64,000 bases of DNA from a virus. The notes under the pieces are model-generated. The model ran no database searches, was not told the DNA's origin, and saw nothing but the letters and a program-made list of their open reading frames with translations. Below, piece by piece: positions 28,744 to 38,219 of this stretch. A program made the translations under genes and the position numbers. The stretch lies in IMG/VR virus record IMGVR_UViG_3300045412_000261, positions 1 through 64,000 of that record; one strand, written 5' to 3'. Position 1 is the first letter of the stretch. Every line of letters begins with the position of its first letter.

Positions 28744-30468
28744 CTAACCTTCACAAACAATACATTCCGAATATAAATCTCTTTGTTGTTTACTATCGGC
28801 TCTCAAATTACTTTCAGATCTTAGATAGTACAAAGATTTTATTCCTAATTTCCAGGCTTCTATGTGTACTTGATTTATCCATTTAGCAGGTGCATCGTGA
28901 AAGAAAGCTAGATTTATTGATTGCCCTTGATCTATATATTCCTGTCTTACTGCTGCCTGTCTGACTAATTCTAATTGATTAATCTCCTTAAAAGTTCTGA
29001 ATATCTCCTTTTCCTCTTCTGTTAACTCATCTATATTTTTAACAGATCCTTTATCTTCTGCAATAATATCCCAGATTTGTGGAGTATTTAATCCTTTTTC
29101 GTTTAGTAGATTTTCTAAATCAGGATTTCTTCTCAAGTGAGCTCCTTTTGCATCATCATCCATATAAAGATTAGCAGCAAATGGTTCAATTCCTTGAGAT
29201 ACTCCTCCGGCTAATTTAGATGAACTTCTATTGGGAGCTACTGCAATACATGTTAAATTTCTATATCCGCTACCTTTACACCACTCCGGCTCTCCGAATT
29301 CACTAGCCATCCACATAGAGGCTTTATCAGATTTTTCTTTCATGTGACTAAAGATAACTCTTGTTAATGAAGTTGCTTGTATGCCGACAAAAGGAATCAT
29401 CATTTTTTGTAATAAAGATGCCCATCCTAATGCACCTAATCCTAACGCTCTAGACTTTTCGGCAAATCTTATAGAATCCTCAATGCCTTGAATATGTTTA
29501 GCTTTATCTAAAAATTCAGAAATGACGGCATCTAAAAATATAGTAGCGTAATAAACTGCATCTGTTTTTGACCACTCCTCCCATTTATATAAATTCATAG
29601 AAGAAAGACAGCATACAAAAGTGTGATTTTCATCAGAAGGCAGCATTATTTCAGCACATAATTGACTATGCTTTACTTTTAAATTATAAGTAGAAAATGT
29701 ACTTTTAAGATGCGCATTTGCATTATCTATAAAGAAGGTATAAGGTTCCCCAGTTTTAACCCGGGTCTTTATATGCTCTAACCATAATTCTCTTTTAGAA
29801 CCATTTTTATTGATGACTTCTTCCATAAATTCATTTGTGAACTTAGCACCCATGTGAATATTATGGCATTGCCTATTAATATCTCCTTTAGGTTCTCTAA
29901 TTTTTAGAAAGTCAGCAAATTCAGGATGATTTGCAGATAGATACAAAGCTACTGCACCTCTTCTCATTTTACCTTGCTTTGATGCTATGATAGTAGAATC
30001 AAATGACTTCATGAAAGGTATAATCCCATCAGTAGTACCGTTAGATCCATCTTTTATAGGCGCGCCTTTAGGTCTAATTTCAGAAAAATCATAAGCAGTA
30101 CCGCCTCCATGTTTAGATAATATAGCCATCTCAAGGTTTTTTCTGTATATATCGTACATAGAATCTCCAATATATCCACCAAAACATGATATAGGTAGGC
30201 CTCTATTAGTTCCAAAGTTGCTCATGACCGGAGTAGATGGTATTAACCAACCATTCCAAAGTATTTCAAAAAATTTAGAAAACAATTCAGGCTTATTTAA
30301 ATAATTCGCAGCTGTACTAGCTATTCTAGTATATGCTTCTTTAGGAGTTTCTTTATTTTGTAAATATCCTCCGAGTATTGTTGTCAGGTATAAGCTATTA
30401 TTACCCCACTCCGGTATGTCATCTATAGACCAACCTTGTTTTTTGGCTAAATCGTGTAGTTCGTTCAT
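28744..30468 (-). CDS. nrdA: ribonucleotide reductase class Ia alpha subunit (no ATP cone)
   Basis: STPV.SN, PISCF, GGG, QLCAEI, VCCLSS, APN, DQGQS.N, YY and C-terminal CxxC. Confidence 0.95.
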   Translation of the reverse strand: MNELHDLAKKQGWSIDDIPEWGNNSLYLTTILGGYLQNKETPKEAYTRIASTAANYLNKPELFSKFFEILWNGWLIPSTPVMSNFGTNRGLPISCFGGYIGDSMYDIYRKNLEMAILSKHGGGTAYDFSEIRPKGAPIKDGSNGTTDGIIPFMKSFDSTIIASKQGKMRRGAVALYLSANHPEFADFLKIREPKGDINRQCHNIHMGAKFTNEFMEEVINKNGSKRELWLEHIKTRVKTGEPYTFFIDNANAHLKSTFSTYNLKVKHSQLCAEIMLPSDENHTFVCCLSSMNLYKWEEWSKTDAVYYATIFLDAVISEFLDKAKHIQGIEDSIRFAEKSRALGLGALGWASLLQKMMIPFVGIQATSLTRVIFSHMKEKSDKASMWMASEFGEPEWCKGSGYRNLTCIAVAPNRSSSKLAGGVSQGIEPFAANLYMDDDAKGAHLRRNPDLENLLNEKGLNTPQIWDIIAEDKGSVKNIDELTEEEKEIFRTFKEINQLELVRQAAVRQEYIDQGQSINLAFFHDAPAKWINQVHIEAWKLGIKSLYYLRSESNLRADSKQQRDLYSECIVCEG

Positions 30469-30478
30469 TGTTTATATT

Positions 30479-31444
30479 TTAAAATAAGTCATCACTGTTC
30501 CAATCTTCATTAGGTTTAGCATATCCAGTTTCTCTGTTATCAAAGAAATCTGTTTGTTGCTCACCAGATACCATAAGGTAAAACCAAGACATATCATTAA
30601 TTAATTTTGGATTTACTTTATATACAGGTTCTAATCCTAATTCATTTAGTTTTCTATTAGCTCTATCATACATAAAATTCTTAAGTTCCTCTTTTGATAT
30701 GGTTTCTAAATCTCCCATTTCAAAAATACTCTCTATGTATGTGAATTCATTTACAAGAGCTAATTGGACTCCTTCTATAATGCTTTTTTTGAATTCATTT
30801 GTCCAGATGTCAGGATTTTCTCTAATCAACTCTCTAAACAATTTACATCCCGCTTCGCTATGTAAACTTTCATCTCTTACGGAAAATATCATTTGTTGAC
30901 CAATGCCTTTTAGTCTGTTTGATTTTCTAAAAGAGAGAAGAACTGCAAAAGAACTAAATAATTGAATGCCTTCGGCGCATGCAGAAAATAATGCTAAACT
31001 TCTCGCAATGTTTGATATAGAAGTATCATTTTTATCTACATCAATTAAAACTTGCAATTTATTCATAGTAGCCTCATCTTGCATGAATGCTTGAAAATCA
31101 TCTAAGCCTAGAGAATCATTTAGATATGAGTAGGCTGTTGCATGAATTGTTTCAAATGATCCAAATGTTACTGCCATCATTTTGATTTCAGGAATTGGAA
31201 ACCATGTAGTAACATATTGAGACCAATAATCATTTACATGTGTTTCAGTTTGAGCAAATCCTTTTAAAATGTTACCAATGACATTTTTTTCAGATTTAGT
31301 AAGATTCTCATCCCAATCTTTGATGTCTTTTTGCATATTAATTTCTGTATGCAACCAGTGGGCGTTCTGCTGTTTGAACCAATAATCATAAGCCCATTGA
31401 TACTCAAATGGTTTGAAATGCAATCTTTCTTGTAGTAAAGGCAT
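30479..31444 (-). CDS. nrdB: ribonucleotide reductase class Ia beta subunit
   Basis: W..TEI.M..D, ETIHATAY, EGIQLFSSF, RDESLH and DFF. Confidence 0.95.
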   Translation of the reverse strand: MPLLQERLHFKPFEYQWAYDYWFKQQNAHWLHTEINMQKDIKDWDENLTKSEKNVIGNILKGFAQTETHVNDYWSQYVTTWFPIPEIKMMAVTFGSFETIHATAYSYLNDSLGLDDFQAFMQDEATMNKLQVLIDVDKNDTSISNIARSLALFSACAEGIQLFSSFAVLLSFRKSNRLKGIGQQMIFSVRDESLHSEAGCKLFRELIRENPDIWTNEFKKSIIEGVQLALVNEFTYIESIFEMGDLETISKEELKNFMYDRANRKLNELGLEPVYKVNPKLINDMSWFYLMVSGEQQTDFFDNRETGYAKPNEDWNSDDLF

Positions 31445-31498
31445 AATGTAAAAAATTAAATGTTTATAATTTTGTTTTCGGTAAGAATAAATACCTAA

Positions 31499-32872
31499 TT
31501 AATTTGAAATTTCATTATACTCTTTGAAAAATCTATCCACTTCCGCAGGATCAAATGTACTTGCATTTTTTACCGTAGGGCTTTTAGAATCATCATCATC
31601 TACATCTGCTATTAGATTGTTAATGACATGTTTTCCACATCTTGTATCTAATGTTCCTTCAAATGACAATCCTAAATCTCCTAATCTTGATGCTACAATG
31701 TGATAAATATTTTTTCTTGATAGTGAGAACATGAAATCACATACCATAAGAACATTATAAGATTCTGCAATATGTTCTCCATTTACAACTTTAGCTGATT
31801 CTGATGTTCTATTTGCTTGAGAAGGAACCCATGCTGGAACTCTATATTCATCTGCTATGTTTCTAATGTCTGTAAAGATTTCATCTAATGCGAATCTTTT
31901 TTCTGTCTTAGTTGATTTTAATAATTTTGGATCATCTATAATGATTAATCCCGGCGAAATTCCTTGATGAATACACTGATCTAAATGTCCTCTGATAGTC
32001 ATCGTAGATGCTTTGTAAGCACCGTATTTTTTAATAATTAACTTTCCTGGTATTTCATTCATTTTCTTATTAATCAGATGCATATTATCCTTAGACAAAT
32101 TATCTAATGATATGTCTGTAATGTAGGCATCAATCCTTTTTGATATTTGAGTAGGATATAATTCCATAGTGTAATAAATCACGTTTACTCCTAATTCCAT
32201 AGCGTGAGCAGCTAAAGATATTAACAGCCATGATTTACCTCCTTTCGGAGGACAGAGAACAACTCCGAGTTCGCCAAAAGATAATCCTCCTTTCATATAA
32301 GAATTAATAACAGGCCATGGAGTAGATATTGGATTTCTATCATCTTCCATGTATCTGTTTTCTAATGTCTTTTCATACATATAACCTAAATCTAATTCAG
32401 ATCCGGCATTATGTGCCTTATTAATGACAGAGAAAGCAGCATCAAAATCATTTCTTTTAACTAAATCGACTGCGTTTCTTAAGGCTTTGACATATTCTCT
32501 ATTCCTACAGAATTCGACAATCTTATCTTTAACATGTTGTAAATCTTTAGAATCAGCAAAATCTAAAGAGCTTTTAAGAAACATATAAATACTCTGCGCA
32601 AAAATTTTATTTCTTTCCGCCTGAGAATCACTATCTTCTTTATTAGCTAATTCTTTGATGTTTATCTTTAAAACATCTATTGTAGGTTGAATTTTGTATG
32701 TCTCATAATAGTCATACATTCTCTCTACTACCCAAGACATAGCCTCATTCTCGAAATAATTAGGATCAAGAATGTCAATAATACGAGTGAAGAAATTCTC
32801 GTCATTAAGTAAATTGTACAAAACCTTCTTTTGAAAATCCGTACCAAAAGAATTTAATAAATTGGAAGTCAT
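31499..32872 (-). CDS. DnaB/gp41-like replicative helicase
   Basis: Walker A PPKGGKS, YYTMEL, SQANR and IAES. Confidence 0.88.
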   Translation of the reverse strand: MTSNLLNSFGTDFQKKVLYNLLNDENFFTRIIDILDPNYFENEAMSWVVERMYDYYETYKIQPTIDVLKINIKELANKEDSDSQAERNKIFAQSIYMFLKSSLDFADSKDLQHVKDKIVEFCRNREYVKALRNAVDLVKRNDFDAAFSVINKAHNAGSELDLGYMYEKTLENRYMEDDRNPISTPWPVINSYMKGGLSFGELGVVLCPPKGGKSWLLISLAAHAMELGVNVIYYTMELYPTQISKRIDAYITDISLDNLSKDNMHLINKKMNEIPGKLIIKKYGAYKASTMTIRGHLDQCIHQGISPGLIIIDDPKLLKSTKTEKRFALDEIFTDIRNIADEYRVPAWVPSQANRTSESAKVVNGEHIAESYNVLMVCDFMFSLSRKNIYHIVASRLGDLGLSFEGTLDTRCGKHVINNLIADVDDDDSKSPTVKNASTFDPAEVDRFFKEYNEISN

Positions 32873-32875
32873 TGT

Positions 32876-33898
32876 TTATGATTTTAATCTGTTTACAAAA
32901 TTTCTATGCCATGAATCAAAATCGTTAATTCTAGAGAATAGACCATCAAAAGTGAACATCTGCATGAATTCATAGTCATAACTAACAGGAGCAAATTCTT
33001 GTAATAATCTTCTTATTGCGCTTTTTGTATGATAAGAAACATCGACATTGTGTAATTGAATTAACTTGTAATTTAATTCTAATTTATCAAAGTCAGAAAT
33101 GAGATTATCGAGACCTTTATATTTTTTTCCCTCCGAAATTAAATCTTTGGCTCTATTATAAAAAAAGTCTAAATCATCTATTTTAGTATTTCTTATTTCT
33201 GGAAAAAATTTAATTATGTTTTTTTCTCCAATAGAACCGAAGCTAGGAATATTATCACTCCTGTCTCCTACAAAAGCCTTGTAATATACGAAGTTTTCCG
33301 GGATAATTCCAAATTCTTCGACAACTTTTTTTGGAGAATACATAATTCTTTTTGTTGGATTATAAACTTGAATAGTTTCCGATACTAATTGAAGATAATC
33401 CTTATCAGATGACATTATAAATTTATATTTATAATCTTCTAATTCACTTGAATTTACAAGTATAGAAATAACATCATCTGCTTCAACTCCATCCATAATC
33501 AATTGAACTACTGGCAAATTATTCAAGTACTCAATTAATCTTCTTATTTGCCTTTCGGATTCTTTATCTGTACTTTCAGTGCTATTTTCTGTAAGTCTAT
33601 TTAATTTAAGACCTTTATGCTTTCCAGATTTATATCCTTTATACATTTTTTTCCTTCTTACAGATCCTCCCTGACCATCAAACACGACAATAACTTTATT
33701 TATATTATAGGTTTTTACAAAAGAAAACATAGTTTCTAAGAATCCAAACACTCCTCCTATTGTATTACCGTCTGTATTTAACGTAGGATATGCACAAAAA
33801 CATCTGACAAATAAATTAGTTCCGTCTATTATAAGAGCTGTTTTTTCATTAGACATATACCTATGATTACCTAATAATTTTGATAAGTCAATAGTCAT
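32876..33898 (-). CDS. 5'-3' exonuclease / flap endonuclease (T4 RNase H-like)
   Basis: IIDGTN, VFDG, YK, EADDVI, SSDKD and GDRSDNI. Confidence 0.93.
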   Translation of the reverse strand: MTIDLSKLLGNHRYMSNEKTALIIDGTNLFVRCFCAYPTLNTDGNTIGGVFGFLETMFSFVKTYNINKVIVVFDGQGGSVRRKKMYKGYKSGKHKGLKLNRLTENSTESTDKESERQIRRLIEYLNNLPVVQLIMDGVEADDVISILVNSSELEDYKYKFIMSSDKDYLQLVSETIQVYNPTKRIMYSPKKVVEEFGIIPENFVYYKAFVGDRSDNIPSFGSIGEKNIIKFFPEIRNTKIDDLDFFYNRAKDLISEGKKYKGLDNLISDFDKLELNYKLIQLHNVDVSYHTKSAIRRLLQEFAPVSYDYEFMQMFTFDGLFSRINDFDSWHRNFVNRLKS

Positions 33899-35066
33899 CT
33901 TCTGTATCTTCTATGTGAATGAATGAAGTAGAATTTCCCTCGTCGACATCATCTCTTTTAATATAGGTTGTGATATAGTAATCTGAAATATTAGATAATA
34001 TATCTTTTCGTATTTCCTCTCTAGAGAATAGCTTATCGTAAAAATCTTTTCTTTGAAATCTAATTTCTTCAATTATCTCTCCTGTTTCTCTATTGCAATA
34101 TTTATAAGTGTACCATGCTCCTGAAGAAGTAGCTATCCCTTTGTCCTTTAAAAAATCCATAATAGAACTTACATCATCAATTCCTGAATTGTACATGATG
34201 TTGAATGCAGCTTTTCGGTGTGGGGGGCCTATTCTATTTTTTATTATTTCTGCTTCTGTGGTAATACCTAAAGGAAGATCTTTTTCAGGTCCTTGAATTT
34301 TGCCTTTCTTAACTAGCTTAACTCTTACCGAAGAATGGAAGCCAATCGCCTTTCCACCGGATGTAGTATAAGAATCCCCCATTCCAGGTCGAGCTTGTAA
34401 ATTCTGTCTCAATTGATTAGTAAAAATCAAAAGAATTTTTTCCCTGCCTAATAAGTTTGTCAATTTACGCATAGCCTTAGAAATGATGATTGCTTTCTGA
34501 GTAGCCCATCCATCTTTTTCATAATTGCCTTCTATTTCGTCTTTTGTAGATGCTCCCATTACCGAGTCTACCACAATAGTAACAATGACATCTTTATTAG
34601 ATGCTCTCATTTGTTCTATAATAGTCTCAACTGAATTAAATACATCTTCAATTACTTCATGTTGAACATAAACAAAATTCTTTTTTAAATCAACTCCGAT
34701 TGCATTTAGAAATTCTTTACTAACTGCACTTTCAGTATCTATGATAATGCCGATACCTCCTTTTTTTTGTGTCTCTTTTATAGCATGGGCAGCTAATAAA
34801 GACTTACCAGATTGTTCTAGACCTATTAACTCTACAATTTTACCGACGGGGTATCCTCCATTTTCTCTGTTTGAAATAGCCATATCTAATGTTGTGCATC
34901 CAGTGGATACAAAGTCACTGACATTTGTAGGTGCTAATGTGGAATCTTCTAGCTTATAAGCTACTGTTCCGATATCTTTTTTGTACTTAGCATTTATCGC
35001 ATCTATCAAAGATGATGCAAAAGATGTGTCAGTCCTCTCTTGGGAGGATTCCCTTTTCTTTGCCAT
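33888..35066 (-). CDS. recA: RecA/UvsX recombinase
   Basis: STGC..LD, GLEQSGKS, IDTE, VVDSV, FTNQLR, GGKA and KNR. Confidence 0.95.
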   Translation of the reverse strand: MAKKRESSQERTDTSFASSLIDAINAKYKKDIGTVAYKLEDSTLAPTNVSDFVSTGCTTLDMAISNRENGGYPVGKIVELIGLEQSGKSLLAAHAIKETQKKGGIGIIIDTESAVSKEFLNAIGVDLKKNFVYVQHEVIEDVFNSVETIIEQMRASNKDVIVTIVVDSVMGASTKDEIEGNYEKDGWATQKAIIISKAMRKLTNLLGREKILLIFTNQLRQNLQARPGMGDSYTTSGGKAIGFHSSVRVKLVKKGKIQGPEKDLPLGITTEAEIIKNRIGPPHRKAAFNIMYNSGIDDVSSIMDFLKDKGIATSSGAWYTYKYCNRETGEIIEEIRFQRKDFYDKLFSREEIRKDILSNISDYYITTYIKRDDVDEGNSTSFIHIEDTEDDY

Positions 35067-35079
35067 AATTTAACGTTTT

Positions 35080-35949
35080 TTATATAGAGTCTAAAAATTT
35101 AGAAAAATCATCTTCAAGTGACTTGGTAGCTACAGGTTTTTCAACCGGTCTTGTTCTAACTTCTTCTGTAATGTCTTGGGCTTTTGCTCCGCCTCGTACA
35201 ATTTCATTAGATTCAGGAGCTTTACTTTTTGCGAAGAGAGAACCTGCTAACGAAGTAACCATTTTTTCAATCTCTTCTTTTGTATGAGTGATGTACAAAT
35301 CTTCTATATTTCCTATTTCCTCATACTGTCTCTTAAAATCTTCAATAGCATACCCTTCTTCAGCCCTTTCTATCAAATTAGTCGGGCTTCTCTTGGCTGT
35401 AATTTCAACGCCACCTCCAGAGGCTTTTGTGAGAACTAAATCAGTACCTCTTTTTAAATCAAAGATTTTTGATGACTCTTCACCTTCTTCCTCAAAAATA
35501 GTGTTCATAATATTAAATATTTTCTCATAGGTTTTAGTGTTAACCGGCCAAACCTTAATACCAGAAGATTCCTTGCCTCTGATTAGAATAGGAATGTAAT
35601 AGTATTTTTGAGGAGTAAAATACTTAATAAATTGCTTGTTGTTTTCGTAATCCTCTCTGTATAACTTATTTGCAAAAATCTCAGCCGGATCTTCTTGCTG
35701 AAAAGTTTTAGGAGATGCGAATTCGTAATTGGCTAGTCCTATTTTTGTAACAAAGTCTCGACCATGAAGATACGCCACATAAAAAGGCCACTCCGGGTCT
35801 TTTTTATTGGGTACAATCCGAATAGTAGAAGTTCCAGATGTAGGTCTCCAAATGTAATCAAAAATGTTTTTACCTTTCTTCCTGCCGTTTGTACTAGCGG
35901 TAGAAAGTCTGTTCGCTTCTTGTTTGAAACGTTCTGCAAAATTACTCAT
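35080..35949 (-). CDS. single-stranded DNA-binding protein (gp32-like)
   Basis: W.P..G...IRIVP, DP, YIP.L.RG.E..G.K.W, D...GTD and acidic C-terminal tail; adjacent to recA. Confidence 0.75.
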   Translation of the reverse strand: MSNFAERFKQEANRLSTASTNGRKKGKNIFDYIWRPTSGTSTIRIVPNKKDPEWPFYVAYLHGRDFVTKIGLANYEFASPKTFQQEDPAEIFANKLYREDYENNKQFIKYFTPQKYYYIPILIRGKESSGIKVWPVNTKTYEKIFNIMNTIFEEEGEESSKIFDLKRGTDLVLTKASGGGVEITAKRSPTNLIERAEEGYAIEDFKRQYEEIGNIEDLYITHTKEEIEKMVTSLAGSLFAKSKAPESNEIVRGGAKAQDITEEVRTRPVEKPVATKSLEDDFSKFLDSI

Positions 35950-35960
35950 AACTGTATAAA

Positions 35961-36371
35961 TTAGATGTTAGAAATATTCTTTTTGTATAGAAACTTTAAG
36001 TCAATTATTCTTAGACCATCAGATCCAGTAACTATCAAGCAATTTTCATAAGCATACCAATCAATTTTGTAATTAACATCAAGTTTGCCATTATTAGATT
36101 GCTCTATAAGTATGTTAAGACCATTTAGCGTAAACAAGGTACCTGTTTCTTTATTTCTATGTAATATTAAAGTGGAAGGAAGTAAGGTAAAATCTTCCTC
36201 TCTAATAACATTGTAACTTAAAATTAGTTCATCATTATCGGATGCATTTCTAAAAACAAATACACTATCATTTGTTATGTCATAAGTGTTCTTAATCGTC
36301 TTTAATGTACTTTCTATAAAATGGGGATGACAAAAAGTACATAGTAGTTTTGTAGGTTTTCTCTCAATCAT
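35961..36371 (-). CDS. conserved phage hypothetical protein
   Basis: LLCTF...HRNKETGTLFTLNGLN...IDW..Y.N. Confidence 0.65.
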   Translation of the reverse strand: MIERKPTKLLCTFCHPHFIESTLKTIKNTYDITNDSVFVFRNASDNDELILSYNVIREEDFTLLPSTLILHRNKETGTLFTLNGLNILIEQSNNGKLDVNYKIDWYAYENCLIVTGSDGLRIIDLKFLYKKNISNI

Positions 36372-37702
36372 GCTTTCACGTTTTCCAAATCAAAAGATTT
36401 CATGTTATAATAGTTTTTTCCGATTTTTACAGATGAGCTAAACCCAAAATCGTTAATTATCTTTTGTATTTCTTTCAATGTTTCCAATCCATCTTCTCTG
36501 TCGAAATCCAATAAGAAAGAATCATAAACATACAATACGATTTGTGTTTTTTTCGACTGCAAATATACAATAATCTTTTTAATAATCTCAAAAAAATGTT
36601 CAACTTCCATCAATTGTATAACATAAGAAAATAATTTTCCTTTGGTATAAGAATAATCGTCCTTTAGATTTGATAATTTTAAAGTTCTAACGCAATAAGG
36701 TACTGTAATCTCATTATCTTGAACCATTTGATTATATATCAAATCTCTATATTTATACAATGCATCAAAGAACGGAATTTTTTTAGCTTCCCCTCTCTCA
36801 GAATAAATATTAGTGAAAGTTATTTTTTTAGCTTCATCATATTCTTGCGGGGATATATTATTCTTTTTATAATAAATCTTTGCTAGATATACATGAACAT
36901 CTTCTTCTTCTAATTTATACCCAATAGCTTTAGCAATTAAATATAAATGAAATGACTTAATATCAAATTCAACTAACATGCCTCTATCATGCCTAGAAAC
37001 GAATCCTAAGCGATGTTTTTCATCTTTTGGTATTGCACTAAGGTTAATCCCATTAGATGTTCCTACAGGCCTTCCTGTGGCATTGTAGAGTGTATATTTA
37101 GGATGTAATAAAGATGTCGTTAATTTTTTATTGTAAACTTCATTTATTTGAGGGATATCAATGCAAATTCCATTATCTCTAATATGATTTAAAGATGATA
37201 GAATAGATGTATATTTTTCAATGACAGATGATTTCTTATCTAATGTTTTTAAAAATGAAAGTTGATTATTAAAACATCTTAAGAACATGTAATATGGAAT
37301 GTAGATGTTATAAGATGTAGATGGATAATAAAATCTCTTGAACTTAGATGTAAATGAATATAAATCTTCTAAGTAATTTGTATCTCCTTTATTTAGCCAA
37401 TATAATAATGGAAATTCTGTTGAAAATTTGCTGGGAAAATAATAATCAAAGATGTATTTAGATGACGCTATTACATAATTAAATGATAATAATGTTTGTA
37501 ATGTTTTTAATGATATGTTTGATTTGAATTCTTCATGTTCTAATGCTATAGAATATGACTCATTTGATTTATAGTCATGTATAAATAATATGGATAGCCC
37601 CTCCGAAAAATTAGACATATCTTTCGGAACAGGAAATACAAAAGAGCCGGAAAAATTAGTTTGGATCTTACTTAGTTGATCCTCGTTCTCAATAACCATC
37701 AT
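36368..37702 (-). CDS. second, divergent family-A DNA polymerase-like protein
   Basis: TGRP, NLSAIPK, R..F; motif A EFDIKSFH; motif B AKKITFTNIY; motif C YVYDSFLLD. Confidence 0.75.
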   Translation of the reverse strand: MMVIENEDQLSKIQTNFSGSFVFPVPKDMSNFSEGLSILFIHDYKSNESYSIALEHEEFKSNISLKTLQTLLSFNYVIASSKYIFDYYFPSKFSTEFPLLYWLNKGDTNYLEDLYSFTSKFKRFYYPSTSYNIYIPYYMFLRCFNNQLSFLKTLDKKSSVIEKYTSILSSLNHIRDNGICIDIPQINEVYNKKLTTSLLHPKYTLYNATGRPVGTSNGINLSAIPKDEKHRLGFVSRHDRGMLVEFDIKSFHLYLIAKAIGYKLEEEDVHVYLAKIYYKKNNISPQEYDEAKKITFTNIYSERGEAKKIPFFDALYKYRDLIYNQMVQDNEITVPYCVRTLKLSNLKDDYSYTKGKLFSYVIQLMEVEHFFEIIKKIIVYLQSKKTQIVLYVYDSFLLDFDREDGLETLKEIQKIINDFGFSSSVKIGKNYYNMKSFDLENVKA

Positions 37703-38207
37703 CTATATAAAACTCATTATAATTTACAATAAACCTCTTAAGTCCTGGAAAAGTTCTATCAGCATTCAAAACTTCATTTCTATTTAGTTGCGCTACTTTA
37801 ACTTTGTCTCCTCTGACTTTCCAATAGATTTCTGCAAATATAAGTCTATTTCTGTTATCCTGCAAGTTTTTAGACGAAAAAAAATCTTCTTTGCTAATTT
37901 CTGTTATGGATGTTACTGGTTTTATTCTTTTTTGGTAGAAATAACGCTTGAAATATAAGCCTTCTTCTTCTATTTGCTCTCTTGTAGGTGTATATGGATT
38001 TATATTTACATACTCCACCATAGGCTCCGAACCAATTGAAGAATAAACTCTTCTTTTAAATTCGTATTCCAAAAATAATCTTTTTCTAGTATCTTTTTCA
38101 TTTATACCGGCGTAGGGTATTCTATTGGTATAGAAATAATATCCTTTGTACGGTTTATTATCTTCATCCCATAAAAAATTACCTTCCGTATAAAAAAAAT
38201 TAGCCAT
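37689..38207 (-). CDS. hypothetical protein (end of tail/baseplate module)
   Basis: 172-aa aromatic-rich ORF. Confidence 0.6.
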   Translation of the reverse strand: MANFFYTEGNFLWDEDNKPYKGYYFYTNRIPYAGINEKDTRKRLFLEYEFKRRVYSSIGSEPMVEYVNINPYTPTREQIEEEGLYFKRYFYQKRIKPVTSITEISKEDFFSSKNLQDNRNRLIFAEIYWKVRGDKVKVAQLNRNEVLNADRTFPGLKRFIVNYNEFYIDDGY

Positions 38208-38219
38208 GATTATTTTATT

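Noticed and set aside
25561-31444. Introns or inteins in polA, nrdA or nrdB
   Set aside because: Reading frames are continuous and of normal size; the nearby HNH genes are free-standing
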